A stretch of 64,000 nucleotides of DNA from Octopus bimaculoides (taxonomy: Eukaryota), in assembly GCF_001194135.2 (NCBI RefSeq), contig NC_069006.1, forward strand, positions 6,078,998-6,142,997, read 5' to 3'. A model generated the notes under the pieces. That model saw only the letters and a program-made list of their open reading frames with translations, did no database searches and was not told the origin of the DNA. Numbering within the stretch: the stretch's first letter is position 1; every line of letters starts with the position of its first letter. Shown here piece after piece: positions 1 to 12,163 of the stretch. The position numbers and the translations under genes were made by a program.

Positions 1-1029
1 TAGTTTTCTATGCTGGCATGGGTTGGGCAGGATACGATGAGCCACAAGTCTGCTTTGGCATAGTTTCTATGACTGGTTGCCCTTCTTAATGTCAACCACT
101 TTACAGTGTGCATTTTCCCCCTAATATACAGACATTAAAGGGGTTGGCAAGTAACATGCAAATTTTTGCTCAGTCAACAACCATGACAGATATTTTGTTG
201 AGAAAAAATATTGAAAATTCTGGTACCTTTTTAATGATACCAGTATGTAGTGTGGCTGGCTGGCTGGTTGGATGGATGGACGGAACTAGCAGGTCCAGTC
301 TGACTTTTGGTGGTTGACAGAACAGCTGCAACCAGTGAATATTTGCCACTATTTTTGTTAAGAGTTCAATATCAGGAGATGTTGAACTGATGATAATCTA
401 CCCAATGTCCTTCCATACAATCCATCTACCAAATTTCTACTCACAAGGCTTTGGTCAACCCAAGGTTAAAGAGAAAATGTTTGCTAGAAGGTGCTGTGCA
501 GTAGGATCAAACCTAGAAACAGGTGGTTGTGAAGTAAACTGCTTGACAATGCTTTCTGTCCTCAAGGAGCACAAAGTTTTGATAGAAAAGCCACTGACAT
601 TTTCTGCTATGATTCCCATGGATTTATGGACAGAAGTTCTAAATGTTTGGTAAACTGACCTAAAATGCTGCAAAAGAGTAGCACCAACGAGGATATCTTA
701 ATATAAAACACATGCATAAATATCAAGAATCATCAAGAGAGAAAGTGACTGAAATGGGAAGTTGTGATGAACATGCCTTTCTTAGTGATGGTAGTGAAGT
801 GACTGTAGATGAAGAAAAAAAAGTAGGTTACAGACTCAATAGGATTTGAATCTGTCACTCACTGCACTGTTGTGTCAGCCAAAAAAGGTGTCACCACTCA
901 ACACCTTTATTAATGCAGGTCTCTTGCTCATGGAATAATTGTTCTGATAACTTTGAGAGGAATGATTTTCTGATGTCACACATAATAATACTATTGGAGA
1001 TATCTACTTTACTCCCAGTTGTCCATCAG

Positions 1030-1400
1030 AGAGATTTTGAATTCCAGCTCTGCTATCCGAAGGAACCCACCTCAGTTACACAATGCTCCTACATCAACCA
1101 TAAAGACAACTGTACTTCTTCAGGGCACTCAAAGACAGTCCTACCAAGACCATCCAGCTTATGTTATACCTCTTTCTAACACTTTGGGGTGAAGTTGATT
1201 TTTTAAAAAATAGCTTTATCAGAAAAGAAAGATAAGGACTGATGAGCTGAGTGCAAGGGGCCAAATTTGGTGAGGGAATAGGGTGAACAAGTGCATTAGC
1301 CTTGGATAGGAAACCTTTTTACAACTGAGCCCTGTAGTGGTGGTTAACTAGGAGACAGATTATGGAGGAACAGTGAGAACTTTGTGGAAGATTCAATTAA
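1030..1400 (-). mobile_element. Possible degenerate Tc1/mariner transposase remnant
   Basis: The minus strand at ~1250-1290 reads LVHPIPSPNLAPC, resembling the mariner HPPYSPDLAP motif. The remainder is heavily decayed and no TIRs were found. Confidence 0.3.
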
Positions 1401-1434
1401 AAAAGAGAGCACTGGAAAATCAGGACAAAATATT

Positions 1435-1554
1435 GACAATGGCCATGTCACATTGACTGCACCAGTTCTTGTCCAATCACCAAAGTTAAGCAATGTTGAG
1501 CCTTGTTAGTACTTAGATGGGTGACTAGTTGGGAAACCAAGGTGCTGTAAGCAT
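1435..1554 (+). pseudogene. 5S rRNA pseudogene (full length, 120 nt)
   Basis: gacaatggccatgtcacattg...aagttaagcaatgttgagcc..gttagtacttagatgggtgac...gggaaaccaaggtgctgtaagcat aligns end to end with the metazoan 5S consensus, including the internal A/C boxes. Single copy, no oligo-T terminator, no CpG left. Confidence 0.9.
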
Positions 1555-1566
1555 CTCCCTTTAAGG

Positions 1567-1925
1567 GTAGATGTGGCTGTGTCATAAGAAGTTTGCTTCA
1601 CAACCACATAGTTCTGGGTTCAATTGCTGTGTGTAGCATCTTGGGTATGTCTTCTGCTAAAGCTGAGATTGACCAAAGCCTTGTGAGTGGATTTGGTAGA
1701 TAGAAGCTGACAGAAGCCCATTGTATCTATGTGTATGTGTTTGACCCCTACCACTGGTTGACAACCAGTGTAGGTTTGTTTATGTCCCTGAATCTTAGCA
1801 AAAGAGACCAATAGAATAAGTACCAGGCTTGAAACAAAAAGAACTGGGTTTGGTTTGTTCAACTAAACCCATCAAGGTGGTGCTGCAGCATGGCTGCAAT
1901 CCAACAAGTGAAACAAGTAAAAGAT
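1567..1925 (+). mobile_element. SINE family B (tRNA-like head, CORE-like cttgggcaagtgtctt, internal GT microsatellite, tail ...gaaacaagtaaaag)
   Basis: Shares head, body and tail with at least 15 other copies in the window (e.g. 25625-26010, 38455-38860). Confidence 0.85.
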
Positions 1926-2329
1926 GAAAGATAAAAGAAGGTCTTTGAGAGCCGGAGCTGGAGACAGCTGCGGCATTTGTTGAAGTTTGGCAAATGGGGA
2001 AGAGAAGAGAGAGGAAGCAGCAATGCATGCATTAGAATGCGACATAAATGATGTGCATAGTTGCAATGGGAGTGAGATTGACATGCCGGGGTGGGGGGAT
2101 TGGTTGTGGAAAGAGCCAAGGAAAACGAGAGAAACACATAAAAAAGAATATTACAACATTGAGAGCAAAAATAATAAAAACAACAACAGCTAAAAGAGTG
2201 GAATAAAGAGAGAAGCATATATAGATGTACTAGGACATTAGGGGTGTGTGTGTGTGTGTATACATACACATGCACATAAATGTATGTAAATATATATGCA
2301 TTCATATATATGTGGGTGTATATATGTGT

Positions 2330-2377
<48 letters not shown>

Positions 2378-2411
2378 GTATGTGCATTCCAATGTGTGTA
2401 TATATGTATAT

Positions 2412-2456
<45 letters not shown>

Positions 2457-2779
2457 TATATATTGATATGGGTGTATATACATATGTAGGTGAGTGTATA
2501 TGTGTGTGTTGGGCCTCTAACTCCTTATGAAATAATAGGTACAGCACTGTGAAAAACACCAGGATTTGGACAATTTAAGCCTGACAAAGGTAATTGATGT
2601 CCAAGTGTGAACCCAACCAATTCCTTCTCGAGAGAGAAAGAATTAGGGAAGAGGAATGAAATGCAAAGTGGACCCCAGAGGAATTTGAACTCACACACAT
2701 GTATATGTCAAAGTATCAAAGTTTCCTTTGAGAGAGAAGCACCATTTGTTGTAGCTACTTGACTGCACCCCACTATAAA

Positions 2780-3660
2780 AAAGTCACGTGCCCTCACCTC
2801 TCTGCTAGTTTTGCAGCTATGCTGAGGTAACACTTTCTGTCATATCATTCTATAACTGATCCAGTTAAGACCTATCTCATGACTTTGTGACAGACCCTGT
2901 TAGTTTTGGCATCTGGTCTGCTTCCTGTTTGTAAGGAAGTCTTGAAAAAGTATCTGGAGTTGTGAAGCTAAAGCCTGTTCATATGATTTTTAAGCAAATT
3001 ATTAGAAAGCCCTCAGGGCATCAGGTTTCAGTTTAGGAACATCTCATCTATGATTGATATCACATCTTCCTCCTTTATGCCGATGTAATCAATAATTACT
3101 GGTGTCTATAGAGACCAGTACGTATCTGCATATGTCCTACTGGCGAGGTGAAAACACTTCTAAATTCTTTTCTACTCTAGGCACAAGGCCCGAAATTTTT
3201 GAGGAGGGGGCCAATCGATTAGATCGACTCCAATACGCAACTGGTACTTAATTTATTGACCTCAAAAGAATGAAAGGCAAAGTCGACTTCGGCAGAATCT
3301 GAACTCAGAATGTACTTCTAAATTGGTCCATCAATGTTTCATATACTGCTTTGGAGTCTGCAGTCCATGAATTATCTTCTTGGCATGAGGACCTCTTATT
3401 CTGTATTAAACCAGAGCTGAACATCTTGAAAATTTGCCAAAGATTTTAAAGGGTTCACCTTTATATTTCCTTCAATCCAAGTTTCTTTTTCTGCTCTTGC
3501 CTTTTTAGGAAAGTCTTTAATTTTATTTTCTATTTCTGGGAGTGGTCTTTTTTTTTTGTGAAGATATTTTTCAGTCCTTCAGTTGACCATTTAAGCGATA
3601 TGAAGTTTTTATTTTACACCACGCAACAATTTGGGTTTTTGCCTGGAAATTATATTTTTG
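2780..3660 (-). mobile_element. Degenerate CR1/L2-type LINE ORF2 remnant, interrupted by a SINE
   Basis: With a frameshift, 2900-2995 reads KSYEQALASQLQILF/KTSLQTGSRPDA, resembling the pre-RT motif LK.CA..L..PL..LF..SL..G.VP..W. Many stops. Confidence 0.45.
3167..3313 (-). mobile_element. 5'-truncated SINE family A with an 11-bp target-site duplication
   Basis: acttctaaatt occurs at 3156-3166 and 3314-3324. The body contains the family A core (reverse complement of gcctttcatcctttcggggtcgataaattaagtacc) and B-box gagttcaaatt. Confidence 0.9.
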
Positions 3661-3873
3661 TGTATCCCAGCTTCTCAGTTTGGGTCAAATTTAATTAATT
3701 TATTTATTTGGATGTGTGTGTGCATGTACATATATATTTCATGAAGGACTAATGTCCCAAAAGTTAGGGCTCCTTCCCTTCCTTCATTTAAGTATTAGAC
3801 AAAGAAAACTTTTGTTATATCTTGTCCTGTGCTGTCTTTTTCCTTTTTATTTATTACATTTACAACATATATC

Positions 3874-3910
<37 letters not shown>

Positions 3911-4140
3911 NNNNNNNNNNNNNNNNNNNNNNNNNNNNNNNNNNNNNNNNNNNNNNNNNNNNNNNNNNNNNNNNNNNNNNNNNNNNNNNNNNNNNNNNNN
4001 NNNNNNNNNNNNNNNNNNNNATACATGTATGTACATATATGTGTATGCAAACGTGTGTGTGTGTGTGTGTGTGTCTTGTGCATAGGTGCATGTGTGTATG
4101 TGTGTTTATATGCCAAGTGCAAGATGACCAGAATTACTAC

Positions 4141-4255
4141 CTGTCCAAATGTTGCAGCAGCTGCTGCTGCCGCTGCAACATTCGGTGGTGCAGCTCCTGC
4201 AGCAGTGAGGTTATTAGCACTGACCTGATGGGAACGGATTAGTTTCCATAGTTCT
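4141..4255 (-). CDS. Candidate further or terminal CAMTA exon (frame unresolved)
   Basis: GC-rich GCA/CAG-repeat island preceded by a pyrimidine tract, with several phase-2-compatible AGs and a possible donor CAG|gtagta at 4141. I recognise no homology. Confidence 0.4.
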
Positions 4256-4355
4256 CTGCACCAGGCAGATGGAAGGCAGGAAGCAAAGAAAGTGAGACAC
4301 ATTTTAGGTTAAACAGAAACATTTATCACATAACACTACGACTAGCAAATATCAT

Positions 4356-4400
<45 letters not shown>

Positions 4401-4665
4401 GTTGCATTATATATATATTCCTCCTACTAACATGGAATGAAAACTTCTTATGATAGCATGAAATTATAACATTATCACTAAAGTTTTAGCCATGATTAGC
4501 ACAAGCGAAACTGGTAGACTATGTAAATATATTATTTCATAAAATGTGAATATATATATATGTATATATTTTGTCCGACATAAAATTTCTGTACATTTTG
4601 TTTGTTTTTATGTTTTTTACTACAATTCACCATGTAGGAAAAATGTTTTTACTGGACCTTTTCAC

Positions 4666-4702
<37 letters not shown>

Positions 4703-4981
4703 NNNNNNNNNNNNNNNNNNNNNNNNNNNNNNNNNNNNNNNNNNNNNNNNNNNNNNNNNNNNNNNNNNNNNNNNNNNNNNNNNNNNNNNNNNNNNNNNNN
4801 NNNNNNNNNNNNNNNNNNNNNNNNNNNNNNNNNNNNNNNNNNNNNNNNNNNNNNNNNNNNNNNNNNNNNNNNNNNNNNNNNNNNNNNNNNNNNNNNNNNN
4901 NNNNNNNNNNNNNNNNNNNNNNNNNNNNNNNNNNNNNNNNNNNNNNNNNNNNNNNNNNNNNNNNNNNNNNNNNNNNNNNNN

Positions 4982-5021
<40 letters not shown>

Positions 5022-5474
5022 CATTTTGATGATGACCACAAGTGTGAAACTAGTTGTTACAATGTCTTCTATAGAAAATATGAGACAAATATATATCTAC
5101 ACATTTCAGTGTATATCATATATCAACATTATTCTCCCCATCACTTAATGTCCATTTCTCATGCTGCTATGATTTGGAGAGGCTGCCACATTTGAGGTTC
5201 AGCATAATTTTGAGTGGGCTGCTCATTTAGATGGTTCAGAAGGCTACATCTTAGTCACAGGATTCCTACTGAAGACACAAGGCCTAAGATTTTGGGGGAG
5301 GGGACTAGTCAATTACATCAACCCCAGTGTTTCACTGGTACTTAATTTATCAACCCCAAAAGGAAGAAAGGTAAAGTCGACCTCGGTGGAATTTGAACTC
5401 AGAACATAGCAACAGTGAAATACTACTAAGCACTTCATCCAACATGCTAATGATTCTGCCATCTCGCCTTCTTC

Positions 5475-5525
<51 letters not shown>

Positions 5526-6533
5526 CTTATAACATTAATTCTATGGTTAGAGCTAATCATCCTCACTCCTTTAACTTAGACTCCTATTTAGCAACTCCAC
5601 CTTACCCCTACCCCCTCTCTTCTGCCTTCCATGCTATGTTCCTTTTGTCTTATATATTTGATGTCCAGTGAATCTATGCTTGTCGTTACACCAATAGCAT
5701 CACCAATGTCCATGGTACACCAAGTGTCTCCTTTTCATCTTCTAAAGATAATTTGTCATCACACATGATTAATTACTATCTAATCCTATCACATGAAGAT
5801 AATGGAGTAACGGAGCTTCATAATTCACCTCTCCCTCTTCCTCATCACTATCAGTATTTGCTACATTATGTCAAGATGGAATGGTCAGGCAGTGCCATGT
5901 GTGAATGACATTAACATCCTAAGATACAGTCCAAACACTTCACTTCACTTCTACTCCTCTGTTCCTCACCGTTCTTTGTTTTAGACCATGACCACCTCAG
6001 AGTAATTCATCTGAGTCAATGAAGGAGCTGCTACAGGATTGTCGGATCTGCAAGACATAGCAGCCAAACTATTCTGTCTTGAACAAGAAAGGACACATAT
6101 AGTAGATATACTATATAGGGAAAAACAGAGAAGCTGGTCATGGTTGCATCATGTTTGATTGTAGGTCTGATACCTGACATGTCTATCAGTTTAGTCATGT
6201 CTGTTGTCTGTAGAAACCAGGGGCCTCCACATAGAAAACCCAACACATCTTGCATCATTACACATTTGTTGATTTTGGTGAGTTTCATTACTATGGAGTA
6301 CAGTGTTACCTGTACATACTGCCGCCTCAGCATACAATCTCATAAACTATCACCTGTACTTATTAGTATCTGAGCACACAATTATTATTTTGCAAGAAGC
6401 AGAATTCCTTCTGGGTTTTTCCTGGGTCAGCCATGTTCTGAACTTCTTCTAGCCAAAGCCCTTAAACCAAAGACATTACCTAATGCTGTCCCCTAATTTG
6501 TTAACTTTTCAAAACCATAGCAACAGTCTAATA

Positions 6534-6728
6534 CAATGGTTCTCAACCTTTTTAATATCCAGGTCAGATTCCAAACCTGTATTTTTTTAGGGAGCCATAC
6601 CAGAAAAAGTAAAACACAAGTCAATTAAAAAAAAGTTTATCATATTTATAGAGGGAGGACTGCCAGGGGACACTGAAAGGATGCTTGAGGGCCATGTGCA
6701 TCCCTCAAAGCCACGATTGAGGAGTTTG
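6534..6728. mobile_element. Possible hAT (Charlie-like) MITE
   Basis: Left end caatggttctcaacc and right end gggccatgtg...ttgagg resemble CAGTGGTTCTCAA-type hAT MITEs. The right TIR is degenerate and no clear TSD was found. Confidence 0.4.
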
Positions 6729-6756
6729 TGTTACATAAAGAAGTTTCAATGTTTTG

Positions 6757-7015
6757 GTTGTGTCTGGGGAGAGTCATCCTCTTTTCGTGCCTCATAATTT
6801 AACACACTCACCGGTAAAATTATTTCTAAATTTTTACTAATTTTCCTAAAATCTTCGTTGCATCTTGCAACTTTTTCAATAGTCAAAACTATTGAAAAGG
6901 TTGCAAGACGTAATGGAAATTTTAGAAAAATAAAAGAGAAATAAGTGGAAATTTTACTGGTGAGTGTGTTAAATTATAAAGGCACCAAAAGAGAATGACT
7001 CTCCCCAGACACAAC
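6757..7015. mobile_element. Palindromic (fold-back) MITE
   Basis: Terminal gttgtgtctggggagagtcat / atgactctccccagacacaac are perfect 21-bp inverted repeats. Imperfect symmetry continues to the centre (ttttcaatagt-caaa-actattgaaaa). Confidence 0.85.
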
Positions 7016-7421
7016 AAAATATGCTTCAACACATGAACTCACATAAAGAATCTTGCAAACCAAATCCCAAAACGAAATTTCAATGTTTCTATTTCTATTT
7101 ATTTGGCTCCCTCCTCTCTGCTTCTGTGTCTATCTTTCTACCTTTGTCACTCAGAATGACAAACAGACAAATTCACCTCTTTCTTCATGTGTTACTATCT
7201 TAACCATTATTAGTCCTAACTGCTATATAATCCACTGTTATAAACTACTTTCTTTTCCTTCTCTAGTAAAGACCTTTATTAGAAACTCGGTCGCCAATGA
7301 CCATCCTGACAATCCAGCCACATACACTTGTCTTGCTTTACTTCTCAGTTCATATTAATACATCTAAATTAATCTACCTTCACCTAAATTGCCTTCCTAC
7401 ATCAGTAAATGTGTGTGTACA

Positions 7422-7472
<51 letters not shown>

Positions 7473-7599
7473 TAGTCCATGGGTCTGTATTAGTATTAGT
7501 CTACTTCAACACAAAACAAACAATAAACAAAACAAACAAAAGAACAATGATCTGACTAGAACCACAAGGAACGGAGATGAAGAAGTAATTAATTTTTAC

Positions 7600-7677
7600 C
7601 TTTCGTTTGCTTCATTGACTAATTGAGATAGTTGGCTGCCATCCAACTCCTCAGGCTGCTTCCGTTGATAATGGCTC
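7600..7677 (-). CDS. CAMTA: CAMTA post-IQ exon
   Basis: Long pyrimidine tract ...cttcttccaaccag|G and donor GAA AG|gtaaaa. Encodes (R)SHYQRKQPEELDGSQLSQLVNEANE(R), completing IQ5 (IQQRFRSHY). Phase 2 to 2. Confidence 0.85.
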
Positions 7678-8629
7678 CTGGTTGGAAGAAGAGGAGAAAG
7701 AAAATTAAACAATGATAAAATAATATAAATAAAAAGAAGAGTAAAACAGGATATGTGAAAGTAAACACACCAGGTTGATACTGTTGTTAAGTAACCCTCA
7801 TCAATTCTGCCCCAACGGATCTCTTTTATGAAGGCAACCAACCAAAAAGTAATGCGTGACCCCATAGGTCTTCGAAACTTGTTTGTCAGTTTCATCTGTT
7901 GATAGTTAGTGAGGCCATCCTAGAGCAATCAGGGCATGTTGGATCTCGTTTTCTATACACACTTTTCATACAAGTTCAAAAAGTGTCAGTTGGTAACTGC
8001 AGTGGAGACTGATAAACTAGAAATAAGACTTGGTTCTTTGCAACCCCATCAAATCAGAGCAGTTAGAAAGCAACCTAACAAAGAATCACCTTCATCATCA
8101 TCACCGTCGTCGTCATAGTTTTAACGTCCAGTTCTCTATGCCTGCATGAGTCAGATGGAATTCCTTGAGGCAGATATTCTATGGCCATATGCCCTTCTTG
8201 TCACCAACCTCTTTACAGAATGTACTAGGTACTTTGTTTCATGGCACCAATACTAGGGACATCACCAAGTAACTTGCAAGACAGGACCCCTAGACAAAGT
8301 GGGGGTGCTATCATCACACACATGCGCACACACACACATGCGCACACACACACACATGCGCATGAACACACACACAACAAGTGTCTTTCACTTTTCATCA
8401 ACCAAATTCACTAACAAAGCTTTGCTTGGCCTGAGGCTATAGTAAAAACTCTTGTCTAAGGTGCTATGGAGTGAGACTGAACTTGAGACCATGTGGTCGG
8501 GAAGCAAACTTCTTACCAAACTCACACAACTTTATTTGATAAAAACTTGTTGTGTGTTAATGTGAGTTTTCCATATTGGTTAACTGACAAATTAAAATTA
8601 TTCTTAAAAAAGAAACCAATCAGCCTCAC

Positions 8630-8826
8630 CTAAATCTTTGTTGAATGATGACAGATGTGTTACGGCTTTTCTTGAGACGCTCTGGTTCTTTGTAGCTGCG
8701 ATACTGATTTTGAATGGATGCATCCGTCTCACTCCGCGACTTCTTGTACCGCTTCTGTGCATAGTAACTGCGGAACTGACTTTGGATTAGTACAGCCGCT
8801 TGTGTCATTTTCTTGAAGTATGCATA
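8630..8826 (-). CDS. CAMTA: CAMTA IQ-motif exon (IQ3-IQ5)
   Basis: cttcctctccag|TAT...TTT AG|gtgagg. Encodes YAYFKKMTQAAVLIQSQFRSYYAQKRYKKSRSETDASIQNQYRSYKEPERLKKSRNTSVIIQQRF(R). Phase 0 to 2. Confidence 0.96.
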
Positions 8827-9101
8827 CTGGAGAGGAAGAGAGAGAGAGGGACAAGGAAACGGTCTTTAGTTGGTGATTTGTTCTCAAATGAAAAGATTTT
8901 GTTCTTCAAACTGGAAGTTATAAATCTTCATCTTAATTTATAATTAATCATAATAAATAATGCAACTTCATCACTAAATAAAACAGATGTTAAGGTAGCT
9001 AATAGGGTCACTATGTACTTACTTGGACTACTAGAAATAATAACCAGATCTCCTCAAAAGACAACTTACTGTCCTCCTAAATGAGGACATATTGGACCAT
9101 G

Positions 9102-9143
<42 letters not shown>

Positions 9144-10498
9144 ATGGTCATGCTTGGAAGGTCTCTGGTTATATGTCTGCTCAGCCTTGGTTAATCTGAA
9201 GCTAAACATCATCATCATATTTATATCCTTTCCTTCATTCATTATCTGTTCTTCTGCTCGCAGCCAAGTGAGTAGGCAGTGTTAAGTGCCTCATTCAGAG
9301 CAGAGAGTAATATAATAAGCTCTTCAATATCTGTTATATAAACAGCTTTGAAGAAACTCATACAAAAATCTAGGCAAAAAGTAGCAGATACAGTTTATCC
9401 CTTTGTTACCATATTTCTGTTGGAATACACATCCTCTGTTTCGATTAATTTTGAAAATACTGAAGGATCTAGTACAATAACTTCATCATTATTAAACTGG
9501 TGTTTGGAATAGAAATTAACCCGAAATTTTGATGGCAAGTTTTAATATAGATCACTTCAACCCTTTTCCATGAAATACAAAGCCTTTGTTTCAATTAATT
9601 TTGAAAATACTGCAAAAAGTAGCAAAGTAACTTTGTTGTTATTAAGCAGCTGTTTTTTTTTAAAATAAAATTTTGAAGACAAATTTTATTTTAGATCACT
9701 TGTTTGTTTCTTAGAAGCAGAGGTAGTCTTAGGCAGGTCGACATCAAAATTGTTGGCACGCCATCGTCAGATGAAATGAGAATAAGTTCACCACAACCAA
9801 ATAAAACAGATGCAGGAACAAGAAAGAGAGGGGAAATAGATTTTGTTTATTCCAGGAAAGCCTTGCTGGCCCCAATCTATCTGCCCCTTGTCTTCTTATT
9901 TTTCAGCAATCTGACTATGATCATGATATCTGAGAAACTTGTCGCAAACATCTCAATGTCTAATTCAAGACCTACAATGTTGCTGTAGATGGTGACAAGT
10001 AGAGATAGTATTGGTGGTTGTCGATTGGATAGCCATCATCATCATCATTTAGTGCTCGTTTTCTGTACTGGCATCGCTTGGATGGTTTGACATGATCCAG
10101 TGAGCCACAGGGCTGTGCTGAGTGCCATTGTCAGCTTTCAGATGGCTTCTATGACAGGATTCTCTGTCTAATGCCAAACCACTTTACAGAGTGTAAAAGG
10201 ATGCTTTCTCATGCCACTGGCACAAGAAACAGGATTTACTAAAGGTAAATATTTGAAGCTGAAGAATGAGACAAAGGTAATTCCTGGAAAAGATAGGGTC
10301 CCTGACCAAAAACGTAAATGATAAAGTAGACTTTGTGGAAATTTGAACTCAGAACGTAAAGGGATACGACTATAAAAATACTGCAAAGCATTGTCAGAGG
10401 CTCAACTGATTCTTATTGTGCCAGTTCACAAAAACGCATCACTGAAAGGCAAAACAAATAATTTTGTGAGAGAGAGAAAGAAAGAGAGATGGAGAGAG

Positions 10499-10553
<55 letters not shown>

Positions 10554-11079
10554 NNNNNNNNNNNNNNNNNNNNNNNNNNNNNNNNNNNNNNNNNNNNNNN
10601 NNNNNNNNNNNNNNNNNNNNNNNNNNNNNNNNNNNNNNNNNNNNNNNNNNNNNNNNNNNNNNNNNNNNNNNNNNNNNNNNNNNNNNNNNNNNNNNNNNNN
10701 NNNNNNNNNNNNNNNNNNNNNNNNNNNNNNNNNNNNNNNNNNNNNNNNNNNNNNNNNNNNNNNNNNNNNNNNNNNNNNNNNNNNNNNNNNNNNNNNNNNN
10801 NNNNNNNNNNNNNNNNNNNNNNNNNNNNNNNNNNNNNNNNNNNNNNNNNNNNNNNNNNNNNNNNNNNNNNNNNNNNNNNNNNNNNNNNNNNNNNNNNNNN
10901 NNNNNNNNNNNNNNNNNNNNNNNNNNNNNNNNNNNNNNNNNNNNNNNNNNNNNNNNNNNNNNNNNNNNNNNNNNNNNNNNNNNNNNNNNNNNNNNNNNNN
11001 NNNNNNNNNNNNNNNNNNNNNNNNNNNNNNNNNNNNNNNNNNNNNNNNNNNNNNNNAGAGAGAGGGTAGTCGCCCCCAC

Positions 11080-11228
11080 CTGCTTATATCGGCGGTAGTA
11101 ACTTTGGATGAGGATGGCTGCTTCTATTTCTTTTTGCCTCTGCTGCAGTAACTGCTGCTTATCTCTATACTGTCGATATGCATTTTGGATCACTTTGGCC
11201 GCTTCGTACAGCTTTCGTTGCTCCTGAT
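11080..11228 (-). CDS. CAMTA: CAMTA IQ-motif exon (IQ1, IQ2)
   Basis: ttttgttgttgcag|AT...CAG|gtgggg. Encodes (D)QEQRKLYEAAKVIQNAYRQYRDKQQLLQQRQKEIEAAILIQSYYRRYKQ. Phase 1 to 0. Confidence 0.96.
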
Positions 11229-11469
11229 CTGCAACAACAAAACATCACCCAACACGGTTAGAGAAGACAATCACAAGAGGCTGCAGAGTAAAAGCAGGGT
11301 TGGTCTTCATCTCAATAAATCATGTAGGACTTAAGCTATATGAACAGTGCCGTTTAGTCAACTACTTGTGTGCCATAAATCTGGTCAATCTATGTTCACC
11401 TAGAGCTATACTCCAACAACAAACCCCTGATCTATCAAGAGCTGAGAAAATATTTGATATATTTGACAT

Positions 11470-11660
11470 ATGTATGTATGTATGTATGTATGTATATGTA
11501 TGTATGTATGCATGTGTATGTATGTATGTATGCATGTGTATGTATGTATGTATATGTATGTATGTATGTATGTATATGTATGTATGTATGTATGTATGTG
11601 TATGTATGTATGTATGTGTATGTATGTATGTATGTATATGTATGTATGTATGCATATGTA
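11470..11660. repeat. (TATG)n-type microsatellite
   Basis: Direct inspection; it is the source of the MYVC/IHTY pseudo-ORFs. Confidence 0.95.
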
Positions 11661-11756
11661 TGTATGTATACACACATATGTATATACATTTATATACACA
11701 TACATATATATATGCTCACATATGTACACAGACAGACGGACATACAATGAAATATT

Positions 11757-11945
11757 CTTTTCTACTCTAGGCACAAGGCCTGAAATTTTAGGGGAGGGGC
11801 CAGTCGATTAGATCGACTCCAGTACGCAACTGGTACTTAATTTATCGACCCCGAAAGGATGAAAGGTAAAGTTGACCTCGGTGGAATTTGAGCTCAGAAC
11901 ACGAAGACAGACAAAATACCATTAAGCATTTCGCCCAGCGTGCTA
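11757..11945 (-). mobile_element. SINE family A
   Basis: Near-identical to the copies at 23452-23668 and 23932-24131 in reverse complement. Confidence 0.9.
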
Positions 11946-12163
11946 CACACAATGAAATATTGAGAGAAAAGCAGATTCCCTGTTAAATTTTTCTGTCAGT
12001 CTGCACTTTGGAGGACAATTAGAGTACAAAATCCATTATTTGTGAGCGGCATCTGACTGTCAAACATTTGTCATTCTGAGTGTTAGCAAGTAAGAACAGA
12101 TTTTGAAAACAAACAATTGAATGAATATTATATACATATATATATATATATATATATAGATAC

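Noticed and set aside
5680-6450. Non-repetitive block that might be a decayed LINE endonuclease region
   Set aside because: I could not recover a convincing motif in any frame.
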